NCBI GenBank assembly: GCA_944380415.1
Contig: CALWHN010000003.1
Coordinates: 1 to 53,988, forward strand
Source: an uncultured Clostridia bacterium
GTDB taxonomy: Bacteria > Bacillota > Clostridia > Christensenellales > UBA1242
DNA length: 53,988 nt
Reading direction: 5' to 3'
Below are positions 17,689-26,910 of this stretch, piece after piece. The notes below the pieces were generated by a model. It did not search any database and was not told where the DNA came from. It was given only the letters and a program-made list of their open reading frames with translations. Every line of letters begins with the position of its first letter. Position 1 is the first letter of the stretch. Both the position numbers and the translations under genes were made by a program.

Positions 17689-19326
17689 CTATCTATAATT
17701 GTCTGGAAGGTCATTTTCAAAAAGAATGACATCGCCCTCCTTTGCAATTTCTTTAAGTTTAATTCTAGCTTCAATCAACGATGCTGCAAAAAGAATGTTT
17801 TCGCTATTGAAGTTTTCGCCAAGAAGCCCCTCGTTAATTGCGTCCATATTGGTTTTATTAACTATAATAACAATATCTGCAACTGAGGCCATTTTCCTTC
17901 CAAAATTGACATTTTCTTCCCTTTCCTTTTGGCCAAGCTCAACAAGCCCTGGGGTTACAATTATTTTTCTTCCACCTTTAAAAAGCTTTAAAACTTCAAG
18001 CGCGCGCTCAGAGCCCTCAACGTTTGAATTATAGGCGTCGTCAATTATAACAAGGCCATTTTCTCTTTTAACTTCAAGCCTGTGATTAATTGGAACAAGC
18101 TTTGAAATTCCAATTTTAATCTGTTCCATGCTCAGGCCAAGATTGTATGCAAGCGCAGCACAAACCAAAATGTTTTCAAGGTTATGTCTGCCAATCAATT
18201 TTGTTTTACACTGAACTTCGTTTTCTTCAATTACCAAAACAAAGGAAATTCCGCTGCTTGAAACTTTGACATCCTTAGCATGGGCAAAGGCCTTTGGATT
18301 GGAAACTCCCGTTATATATTTTCTAATTTCACATTGCTCATAAAGTTTAACGCAACCTTCATTGTCGCCGTTGAATATTGCAATTCCGTCTTCTGGAAGA
18401 GCTTTGATAAGCTCATTTTTTGTTTTTGCAATGTTTTCAAGGCTTCCAAATGTTGCAAGGTGTTGGCTTCCAACTGAAGTTAGAATTCCATATTGAGGTT
18501 TGACTATGTCGCAAAGATATTTTATGTCTCCAACTTGTTTTGCGCCCATTTCTGTTATCAAAACATCGTGATTTGGTTTTAGATAATCCAAAACAACTCG
18601 CGTAATTCCCATTGGCGTGTTGAAGCTGTGTGGCGTTATGCAAACGCTGTAATTTTCTGAAAGGATTGTGTTTAAAATATACTTTGTGCTTGTTTTGCCA
18701 TAGCTTCCTGTAATTCCAATTTTAATTAAATTTGGAAATTTCTTTAGTTTTCTTTTGGTTTTGCTAATATAGCGTTTGCAATTCAAATTTTCAAATGGAA
18801 CTAAAATTCCGTGGGCAATTGGAACTGTTAGCGGAAGCAAAAGCGGAGTTAGTGAGATGCTTGCAAATCTAACATATGGAATGAACTCCGTTGTAAAGTA
18901 AATTATAACAAAAGTCAGTCCTGCCATCAAAAGTCCGTGAACGATGCAAAGCCTTGTCATTCTATATGTTTGAACAAGCGGCGTCTTTTGAGGTACTTGG
19001 TACATGTTGACGATGAAAACAATTGTAAAGTAGAAATAGAAAATTAACCCTAAATAAGAAAAGTAACTGTCTCGGCTAATATAGGAGTCGAACAAAGCAA
19101 CGGTTACAAGCATGCATGCCAAGCTCATAAAGGAAAGAAGCGCAATTCTACCAATGTATTTAGCGTGGGTGTCCTTAAGCCAAACTTTGTAGCCCTGAAT
19201 TTTATATCCAGAAAGCTGAAGAACATGCAAAAATTTATATCCGCAAAAACAAAGCATAACGCCGTTGACAACCGAGAGCGCAATTGCAATGTATAAATTT
19301 GGGTTTGATGCATCAAAAAAAGCCAT
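17689..19326 (-). CDS. murF: MurF-family Mur ligase with N-terminal multi-pass membrane domain
   Basis: GITGSYGKTSTK, SFNTPMG, EMGA, IDDAYNSN, TPGLVELG, ENDLPD; about five TM helices at the N-terminus. Confidence 0.85.
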   Translation of the reverse strand: MAFFDASNPNLYIAIALSVVNGVMLCFCGYKFLHVLQLSGYKIQGYKVWLKDTHAKYIGRIALLSFMSLACMLVTVALFDSYISRDSYFSYLGLIFYFYFTIVFIVNMYQVPQKTPLVQTYRMTRLCIVHGLLMAGLTFVIIYFTTEFIPYVRFASISLTPLLLPLTVPIAHGILVPFENLNCKRYISKTKRKLKKFPNLIKIGITGSYGKTSTKYILNTILSENYSVCITPHSFNTPMGITRVVLDYLKPNHDVLITEMGAKQVGDIKYLCDIVKPQYGILTSVGSQHLATFGSLENIAKTKNELIKALPEDGIAIFNGDNEGCVKLYEQCEIRKYITGVSNPKAFAHAKDVKVSSSGISFVLVIEENEVQCKTKLIGRHNLENILVCAALAYNLGLSMEQIKIGISKLVPINHRLEVKRENGLVIIDDAYNSNVEGSERALEVLKLFKGGRKIIVTPGLVELGQKEREENVNFGRKMASVADIVIIVNKTNMDAINEGLLGENFNSENILFAASLIEARIKLKEIAKEGDVILFENDLPDNYR

Positions 19327-19393
19327 ACTATCCCTTTTATATGAAAATAATCAAGTTTTAGTATACTACTAAATGAAAATTTTTAAAAGCAAA

Positions 19394-20143
19394 TTAAACA
19401 TCTTCGCCCAGAAGAAAGTTTAAAATTGCAAGGTTGGTTTCACGCGGCTTTTTTAAGTAAACAAAATGGTCGCCACCTTCTATTACAACAAGGGTGCTGT
19501 TTGGAATTAGTTTTCGAAGTTTTTTTGCCATGTATAGCGGCGTTTCGGTGTCCAAATTTCCTGAAACAATCAATGTTTTAGCCTCAATATGCTTACAAAT
19601 TTTTGACAGAACTTCACCAATTATGTTGTTAAAAGTTTGTTTCATAACTGGAGAAAGAATTTTGTAATCCGGAGAGCCAAAATTTCCAGCTTTTTTGCTG
19701 CCAATTTTTTTGTAAAACTTATATAAAAGAACTTTCCCCTTTGTTTTAAAAGAAAACCTTGGCTTTAACCCCGCTGAAGAAATCAAAATAAGGAAATCCG
19801 CTAAATCCGCCAACTTAATTGCAACCCTTCCTCCAAAAGAATGGCCAAAAAGAACAATTCGCTTAATGGTTATCCCATTATCTTTTAAGATTTTTTTTGC
19901 AATTGAAATAATCTCACTTGTCAAATTACAATAATCGTCTAGGCTCCAGGGAGAAGAAGGCTCGCTGTCGCTCTTCCCAAATGGCGGAAAATCAATTAGA
20001 AGAATTGATTTACCTTTAAATTGACTTGAAAGCGGCTTCATTAAGTTAAGATTTGAACCCCAACCATGAAGGAAAACAAAAAGACCTTCTCCAGAAATTT
20101 CAAGCTCATAATTTATTCTAACATTTTTGTATAAATGTTCCAT
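19394..20143 (-). CDS. Alpha/beta-fold hydrolase
   Basis: FLHGWG, D.PPFG.S, GHSFGG nucleophile elbow, D..TP, GDHF. Confidence 0.9.
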   Translation of the reverse strand: MEHLYKNVRINYELEISGEGLFVFLHGWGSNLNLMKPLSSQFKGKSILLIDFPPFGKSDSEPSSPWSLDDYCNLTSEIISIAKKILKDNGITIKRIVLFGHSFGGRVAIKLADLADFLILISSAGLKPRFSFKTKGKVLLYKFYKKIGSKKAGNFGSPDYKILSPVMKQTFNNIIGEVLSKICKHIEAKTLIVSGNLDTETPLYMAKKLRKLIPNSTLVVIEGGDHFVYLKKPRETNLAILNFLLGEDV

Positions 20144-20222
20144 GTAAATTGCTATGAAAAAAAGCACAATAATGTGCTTTTAGTACTATGCAACTCAATA
20201 TATTGTGTAGTATGCTTGCATA

Positions 20223-21230
20223 CTATTCCATATTTAAGGCCTTTCTAACCTTTCCTTCAATTTCATCAAGGAGGGCTTTATCCGCAGCGAGATATGCTTT
20301 TGCGCTCTCTCTTCCCTGGCCAATTTTGTTGCCCTCATAGGAATACCAAGCGCCTGTTTTTTGAACAATGTCCTTTTCAACTGCAAGGTCTAAAACGTTT
20401 CCTTCTCTTGAAATTCCCTTTCCAAAGACAATTTCAAAATCTGCTGTTTTAAATGGTGGAGCAAGTTTGTTCTTAACTACCTTAACCCTTGTTTTAGACG
20501 CAATAACTTGATTTGAAGAATCTTTAATTGATTCAATCTTTCTAACATCAAGGCGAAGACTTGCATAGAATTTAAGAGCTTTTCCACCTGTTGTTGTTTC
20601 CGGCGTCCCGCCAAACCCCATTGTGTTAAGCTTTTCTCTAAGCTGATTGATAAAGATTATGCAAGTGTTGCTTTTGCTTGTTATAGCCGTGATTTTCCTA
20701 AGCGCCTGGCTCATTAGCCTTGCTTGAAGCCCCATGTGTGAATCGCCCATATCTCCGTTTATTTCAGCCTTTGGAGTTAAAGCTGCAACGGAGTCAATTA
20801 CAATTATGTCAACCGCGCCGCTCTTAACAAGCGCCTCACAAATTTCAAGCGCTTGCTCGCCGTTGTCCGGTTGGGAAACATAAAGTTCTGATATGTTGAC
20901 GCCAAGTTTTTCTGCATATGTTGGGTCAAGCGCATGCTCTGCATCAATGAAGGCAGCAGTTCCGCCAGCCTTTTGACATTCCGCCAAAATGTGAAGAGAA
21001 ACTGTTGTCTTTCCAGAAGATTCTGGGCCATAGATTTCTATAATTCTTCCCTTTGGAACGCCTCCAATTCCAAGCGCATAGTCCAAAGACAGACAGCCCG
21101 TAGGAATTACGTCAACCTTTTGAATTGGCGCGTCGCCAAGTTTCATAATTGCACCTTTTCCAAATTGTTTTTCAATTTGGCTGATTGCAAGATCTAAATT
21201 GCTTGATTTATCTGTTGTTTTTTCTGCCAT
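20223..21230 (-). CDS. recA: Recombinase A
   Basis: [32 protein letters not shown]. Confidence 0.99.
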   Translation of the reverse strand: MAEKTTDKSSNLDLAISQIEKQFGKGAIMKLGDAPIQKVDVIPTGCLSLDYALGIGGVPKGRIIEIYGPESSGKTTVSLHILAECQKAGGTAAFIDAEHALDPTYAEKLGVNISELYVSQPDNGEQALEICEALVKSGAVDIIVIDSVAALTPKAEINGDMGDSHMGLQARLMSQALRKITAITSKSNTCIIFINQLREKLNTMGFGGTPETTTGGKALKFYASLRLDVRKIESIKDSSNQVIASKTRVKVVKNKLAPPFKTADFEIVFGKGISREGNVLDLAVEKDIVQKTGAWYSYEGNKIGQGRESAKAYLAADKALLDEIEGKVRKALNME

Positions 21231-21253
21231 AAATTTCTCCTTTAACTCCTTTA

Positions 21254-21973
21254 TTATAACTCATTTTCTTCCAAATAGAAATCGTTTTTACGCAATTTTT
21301 TAACAAGATAGAACAAGGCCGCTTGCGCTGCTGTTTCAATTACCTCTTCTCTTGTTCCAACAAACTTATTTTTAAAAACATCAATTCTGTTCTTGTTTCC
21401 AATTGCAATAAAAACAAGGCCGGCATCTTCGCTTTGGTTTACAGAGGAGGCAAATCCAGTTGTTGCAATTGCAATGTCTGCTCCGCTTGTTTCTAAAAGG
21501 CCCTTTGCCATGTCATATGTTGTTTGAACGCTAACACTTGTATGCTTATCAAGCGTTTCCTTTGAAACGCCAAGACGGTTTTCTTTTGCCTGGTTGGAAT
21601 AGGTAACCACGCCCTCCAAAACAACCTCGCTTGCGCCAAGATTTTTCTTTATAAGGCTGCTTACAATTTGGCCGCCGGTTATGCTCTCTGCCGTTGCCAA
21701 GGTTAATTTATTAATTTTTAAAAGCTCGAAGGCAACTTGTTCTAAAGCAATGTCGCTCTCTGCATAGATATATGGATTTAACTTCTCAAAAATCTCTCTT
21801 GTAAATTCATAAAAATAGACATTGTTTTCTCCCGCCTTAAGAGAAACGTCAACTAAAAGCCCATTTCCACTGAACTCAACAAGTGTTCCATGGCTGTCTG
21901 CAATAAGTGAGGATAAAAGCGACATTGCGTCGCTTTTCGAAATTCCAAAACATTTAAAGATGTTACTTTTCAA
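21254..21973 (-). CDS. cinA: CinA C-terminal (PncC, NMN deamidase) domain protein
   Basis: [33 protein letters not shown]; located between pgsA and recA. Confidence 0.85.
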   Translation of the reverse strand: MKSNIFKCFGISKSDAMSLLSSLIADSHGTLVEFSGNGLLVDVSLKAGENNVYFYEFTREIFEKLNPYIYAESDIALEQVAFELLKINKLTLATAESITGGQIVSSLIKKNLGASEVVLEGVVTYSNQAKENRLGVSKETLDKHTSVSVQTTYDMAKGLLETSGADIAIATTGFASSVNQSEDAGLVFIAIGNKNRIDVFKNKFVGTREEVIETAAQAALFYLVKKLRKNDFYLEENEL

Positions 21974-22580
21974 TTTCTTCCTTTCCTTTCTTGGATTTTC
22001 CGCTTACAACTTCCCAGTTTTTAACAAGATAATTTATTCCTGAGAGAATTGTTAGAAGTGTTGCAAGGCCAAGCAATACCCAGTTTATTATTTCAAAAAC
22101 AAATAACCCTGTTCCAGTTACAACTCCGCTTGTGTAGAAATATGAAAGAAGGAAAAGCGCAGGAATTGAAATGTCTTGAACAATTGCTTTAATTTTTCCA
22201 AACCAATCGGCGGCCATAACAAAGTTCTTTGTTGCGGCAACTTGCCTAAAGGCGCTTATAATAAGCTCTCTCCCAATTATGATTATTCCAGCGATAACGC
22301 CATATGGCGCAGGAACTGTTAAATCACACAAAACTAAAAGCAACGCGGAAGTTACTAAAAGCTTGTCTGCAATTGGGTCCAAAAACTTTCCAAGGTCAGT
22401 AACAAGGTTTCGCCTCCTTGCAATTTGGCCGTCCAACATGTCCGTTAGCGCCGCAACAACAAAAATTACAAGCGCAACAATCTTTCCCCAGCCGTCTGGA
22501 ATAAAACTTGCAAGATAGAAAAAGATCATAAACGGAATTAAAATAATTCTCACAATAGTTATTTTATTTGGCAAATTCAT
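21963..22580 (-). CDS. pgsA: CDP-diacylglycerol--glycerol-3-phosphate 3-phosphatidyltransferase
   Basis: MNLPNKIT..R, TDMLDG.IAR...VTDLGKFLDPIADK. Confidence 0.96.
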   Translation of the reverse strand: MNLPNKITIVRIILIPFMIFFYLASFIPDGWGKIVALVIFVVAALTDMLDGQIARRRNLVTDLGKFLDPIADKLLVTSALLLVLCDLTVPAPYGVIAGIIIIGRELIISAFRQVAATKNFVMAADWFGKIKAIVQDISIPALFLLSYFYTSGVVTGTGLFVFEIINWVLLGLATLLTILSGINYLVKNWEVVSGKSKKGKEEIEK

Positions 22581-22624
22581 AATCAAATCTCCTTAAAAGT
22601 ATTATACTTTAAACCTTAAAAATT

Positions 22625-23950
22625 TCAAAGTGTTTTATCTTCATCTAAAACTTTTGCAGTGAAAAAGTAATCTTCAAAACCTGTTAGAACAACTTTATAA
22701 AATTTTCCAGCTTCAACCTTCTCGCTTGAATCTAGTTTAACGCAAAAGTCAACATCTGGCGACATCTGCGCTGTTCTACACTCGAAATATCCCTCTTCGG
22801 GAATAAACCTGTCAACAACAATTTCCTCCGTTCTTCCAATTTTTGAAAGGTTATTTCCAAGGGCAATTTTGCTTTGAACCTCCTGGATTTTTTTAAGCCT
22901 TTTCCTCTTGATAAATTCTGGAATTTGACCCTTCATATAAAAGGCTTTCGTCCCTTCCTCTCTTGAATATGCAAAGAAACCAACGTTGTCCAATTTTGCT
23001 TCTTCTAAGAATTCAACAAGTTTTTTAAATTGCTTTCTGCTCTCTCCAGGGAAGCCAACTATAAAAGTTGATCGAATTAAAATTTGTGGATAATTTGTTT
23101 TAATATTTTTAATAAGCTGTCTTGTTTCCTCTTCTCCACACCTTCTGTTCATGTCTTTCAAAATTTTGTCGTCAATGTGTTGAAGCGGAATGTCCAAATA
23201 TTTGCAAATTTTTGGCTGAGAATTTATGTAAGCCAGAAGCTGGTCCGAGACCAGCTCTGGATAGCAGTAGTGCAACCTAATCCACTTCAAATCCTTAATT
23301 TTAACAAGTTCTTCAAGCAGTTCAATTAGTTTAACTTCACCATATTGATCCATTCCATATCTTGTTACATCCTGCGCAACAACAATAAGTTCTCTTGCGC
23401 CCTTTGAAACAAGTTGTTTTGCTCGACTTACAACTTCAGGGATCGTCTTAGAAATGTATCTCCCTCTGATCCTTGGAATTGTGCAGTACGCACAAGCATT
23501 GTTACAGCCGTCTGCAATTTTTAAAAAGGCATAGTGGGCTGGCGGAATTATAAATTGATTGCTCTCATAGTTGTATTTGACTTCAACGTCATATAAATCT
23601 GCGATAATTTGAACAATGTTTTTGTTGTCCTTAATTTGAACAAACTTATCAACTTCTGGAAGAAATTTTTCAAGCTCTTCCAAATATCTTTGAGGAAGAC
23701 AACCAGTTACAATGATCTTTTCAATTTGGCCATTTGCTTTTAGTTGTGCCATTTCCAAAATGTTGTCAATTGCCTCTTTTCTAGCAGAAAGAATGAAGGC
23801 ACACGTATTAATTATAACAATCTGAGCTTTGCCAGAATTTGCAAAAGAAAAGCCAAATTTGGAAAGATTGTGCATTATCTCTTCCAAGTCAACTTTGTTC
23901 TTGTCGCAACCAAGTGATATGAAGGCAATTTTCTTTTGTTTTAAATCCAT
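22625..23950 (-). CDS. rimO: Ribosomal protein S12 methylthiotransferase
   Basis: SLGCDKN.VD, NTCAFI..A, GCNNACAYCTIP radical SAM motif, TRAM-like C-terminus. Confidence 0.95.
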   Translation of the reverse strand: MDLKQKKIAFISLGCDKNKVDLEEIMHNLSKFGFSFANSGKAQIVIINTCAFILSARKEAIDNILEMAQLKANGQIEKIIVTGCLPQRYLEELEKFLPEVDKFVQIKDNKNIVQIIADLYDVEVKYNYESNQFIIPPAHYAFLKIADGCNNACAYCTIPRIRGRYISKTIPEVVSRAKQLVSKGARELIVVAQDVTRYGMDQYGEVKLIELLEELVKIKDLKWIRLHYCYPELVSDQLLAYINSQPKICKYLDIPLQHIDDKILKDMNRRCGEEETRQLIKNIKTNYPQILIRSTFIVGFPGESRKQFKKLVEFLEEAKLDNVGFFAYSREEGTKAFYMKGQIPEFIKRKRLKKIQEVQSKIALGNNLSKIGRTEEIVVDRFIPEEGYFECRTAQMSPDVDFCVKLDSSEKVEAGKFYKVVLTGFEDYFFTAKVLDEDKTL

Positions 23951-26713
23951 CTATTCAACATCTCCAAAAATTTCTCGATATTCTTCCATTGTCATAAACA
24001 CTGGGCGCTGTTTAGAGCCCTCTGCCGGGCCAACATAGCCCTTCTGCTCCATTTCATCAACCAGATTAGCCGCGCGCGAAAAACCAATTCTAAACCTTCT
24101 TTGAAGCATTGTAATTGATGCTTGGCCGTTTTCAATAAACAACTTTAACGCATATGGCAAAAGTTCGTCGCTTTGATCTGGGTTGTGAGCAAATGGATTT
24201 CCGCCATATCCTTTTGGTGCATTTACAACATCGTTTGCAACTTCCATATCAAAATCATAGTTGTTGTTAGATTTAACAAATTCAACAACATTTTCAACTT
24301 CCTTTCCATCGATGTAGCAGCCCTGAATTCTCGTTGGTTCTGCTTGGTCGCTTGGTGCATAAAGCATGTCGCCCTTGCCCAAAAGTTTTTCTGCCCCAGC
24401 AGAATCTAAGATTGTTTTAGAGTCAACAAAGCTTGTAACGGCAAAGGCAATTCTTGATGGGAAGTTTGCCTTAATTGTTCCGGTAATTACGTTAACAGAC
24501 GGCCTTTGCGTTGCCAAAATTAAGTGAATTCCCGCTGCTCTTGCCTTTTGAGCGAGGCGCATAATTTTTTCTTCAATCTCCTTTTTAGCAAGCATCATCA
24601 AATCTGCAAGCTCGTCAATTATGATGACAATTAGCGGAAGTTTTTCGGCTTGGCCAGAGAGAACTTGTTGGGTTGAATTATATTCTGCAAGGTTTCTTGC
24701 CTTTGCCTCTTGAAAAAGCCCAAATCTTCTTTCCATTTCATTTATTGCCCAGGTTAAAGAATTAACTGCCTTTTCAGTTTCTGTTATAACATTTGGAAGC
24801 ATTAAGTGTGGAAGACCGTTATACATTGAAAACTCAACGCGTTTTGGGTCAATTAAAATAAGTTTTAAATCTTCCGGCGAAGCTTTATAAAGCATTGATA
24901 TAATGATTGAATTCAAGCAGACGCTCTTACCAGAACCCGTTGCGCCCGCAACTAAAAGGTGTGGCATCTTCTCCAAATTGCAAATTCTTATTGCCCCGCT
25001 AATTTCCTTTCCAAGTGCAAATGAAAGCGGGCTTTTTGCCTCTTGGAATTCTTTGCTTGAAAGAATTTCTTTGATTCCAATTGTTGTAATTTTGTCGTTT
25101 GGAACTTCAATTCCAACAACGCTTCGCCCAGGAATTGGCGCCTCAATTCTTATGTCTCCGTTAGAAGCAAGGTTTAGCGCAATGTCATCTTGATGGGCAA
25201 GAATTTTCTTAACAGGAACGCCAACTGGCATTTCAAGCTCATATCTGGTAACAGAAGGGCCAACAACAATTCGAGTAACTTTTGCGTTGATGTTGAAAGT
25301 TTCAAGCGCAGCCTCCAAAACTTGGGCCTTCTTTTGAACGCTTTCTTGAAGTTCTGTGTTATCACTTTTAACGTCAAACAAAAGGTCAAGCGTTGGCGCA
25401 ACATATTTGTGGTGTTGTTTAACTTTTGGTCTTTCAACCCTGTTTTCTGGCTGCTTTGCAGCTGGTTTTAGCTTTTCTGCGCTGATGTTGATGTTTGGCT
25501 CATCTTTCATAATCTTTTCAATTATGTCGCCAGCAACAGCTTTGCTCTCTGGAGAGTTAAACGAACTGTCGTCATCTAAGTCTACAAAGGCAGAAGACAA
25601 AGTTTCTGGCTCTTGCGAAATTTGTGGCTTTTGTTCAACAATTTCTGGCTGAGCTGAAAAATCCTCAATCATGTCTGCTTCTTGCTTGATTGCAGAAATG
25701 TTTTCTTCAACTTCGCGAGCAAAATCTGTTTTATTTTGCTGGCTGTTTTCCCTTTTCTCAAAAATTTTCATCTCAGTTAGCTGAGGCGGTGTTAAAAGAT
25801 ATTCCTTTCGCGAAAGTTCGTTCCTTTCAAATTTTTCTCTAAGCGAAGGCTCTTTTTTAACTGGTTCAGAAGAGGCAATAACCTCACCGTTTCTAATTAA
25901 GCCAAGGCGCTTTCGCGCGCTTGAAGCCTTTTCTTCCTCAATTTTTTGTTCCTCAATTTTTCCGTCCAAAGTAATTTTTGGCTTATTCTTTTTTCTTTCA
26001 ATTGCTGCGTCAATTTTTGCAAGCGTTTTCTCGTTTCCGTCTGTTCCATTAGATGCAGAAAAAAGCTCCCCGTCCTTTCCAACCAAGTTTCCTTCTCTGT
26101 CTAAAATCCACTCGCTTTTTGGAGCATTTTTCTGAATTTTTGCCTCATACTTCTCCTGCTGTTTTTTAAGTTTTAATTCTTCCTTCTGCCTTTGAAGTTT
26201 AAGCGGTGCATTTTCTGCCGCTTTCTTTTTAACATATAGAAGATAGTCTGCAATTAAACAAGAAAAAACAACAAGTGAAATTGCAAAAATTGCATAAACT
26301 CCGGCAGTTCCAAAGGCATATTTAAACGGTGAAATTATAAGCCCAATAATGATTCCCCCGGGTGTTAATTGCGCCGTGTAGTTATAGCCCAAAAACTCAA
26401 AAAAACCGCCAGAAAAATTTCCAACAATTATGTTTTGGATTATTGCAAGAAGAGAAACTAGCGCGCAAATAATATAGGCCGTGTATTTAACCGGCAAAAC
26501 ATATTTTTTCTTGTTGATAAGCGCAAGGCCAACAAAGAACAAAATGATGAAAATTGGATAGGCAAAAAGACCAAAAGTTCCAAGCAAAAAATATCTAAGC
26601 GGCTTTATTAGGCCAGTAAACAAAACTAAAAAGGCAAAGGAACATAAAACGATTAGCCCAATTCCAATTCCTAAAACAAATTTTCTTTTATTTTCATAGG
26701 ATAGTTTAATCAT
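23951..26713 (-). CDS. ftsK: DNA translocase FtsK/SpoIIIE
   Basis: N-terminal TM domain; PHLLVAGATGSGKS, DPKRVE, IIDELADLM, ATQRPS; gamma domain LQRRFRIGFSRAA. Confidence 0.97.
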   Translation of the reverse strand: MIKLSYENKRKFVLGIGIGLIVLCSFAFLVLFTGLIKPLRYFLLGTFGLFAYPIFIILFFVGLALINKKKYVLPVKYTAYIICALVSLLAIIQNIIVGNFSGGFFEFLGYNYTAQLTPGGIIIGLIISPFKYAFGTAGVYAIFAISLVVFSCLIADYLLYVKKKAAENAPLKLQRQKEELKLKKQQEKYEAKIQKNAPKSEWILDREGNLVGKDGELFSASNGTDGNEKTLAKIDAAIERKKNKPKITLDGKIEEQKIEEEKASSARKRLGLIRNGEVIASSEPVKKEPSLREKFERNELSRKEYLLTPPQLTEMKIFEKRENSQQNKTDFAREVEENISAIKQEADMIEDFSAQPEIVEQKPQISQEPETLSSAFVDLDDDSSFNSPESKAVAGDIIEKIMKDEPNINISAEKLKPAAKQPENRVERPKVKQHHKYVAPTLDLLFDVKSDNTELQESVQKKAQVLEAALETFNINAKVTRIVVGPSVTRYELEMPVGVPVKKILAHQDDIALNLASNGDIRIEAPIPGRSVVGIEVPNDKITTIGIKEILSSKEFQEAKSPLSFALGKEISGAIRICNLEKMPHLLVAGATGSGKSVCLNSIIISMLYKASPEDLKLILIDPKRVEFSMYNGLPHLMLPNVITETEKAVNSLTWAINEMERRFGLFQEAKARNLAEYNSTQQVLSGQAEKLPLIVIIIDELADLMMLAKKEIEEKIMRLAQKARAAGIHLILATQRPSVNVITGTIKANFPSRIAFAVTSFVDSKTILDSAGAEKLLGKGDMLYAPSDQAEPTRIQGCYIDGKEVENVVEFVKSNNNYDFDMEVANDVVNAPKGYGGNPFAHNPDQSDELLPYALKLFIENGQASITMLQRRFRIGFSRAANLVDEMEQKGYVGPAEGSKQRPVFMTMEEYREIFGDVE

Positions 26714-26869
26714 ACCCAATAATTATAACACAAAGAAAACAAAGATAAAATAGAAAAATTGAATTTTTTATATTTTTTTCGCAGCAAATGAATAAAGTTT
26801 GATTTACTGCACAATATAAAGGCGTAAAGAAAAGCTTCCAGGCTTTTTGGAAAAACTTTCTTTACCGTA

Positions 26870-26909
26870 GCAAAAGCTGCCGCAGTTATCAGTTTGCGGC
26901 AGCTTTTGC
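26870..26909 (-). terminator. Terminator-like hairpin after tkt
   Basis: GCAAAAGCTGCCGCA..TGCGGCAGCTTTTGC, 15-bp stem. Confidence 0.7.
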
Positions 26910-26910
26910 A

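Noticed and set aside
16350-20730. Arginine codon reassignment (CGG or AGG)
   Set aside because: CGG encodes the conserved Arg in RecN GELSR and AGG the conserved Arg in RecA QARLM, so both read as Arg
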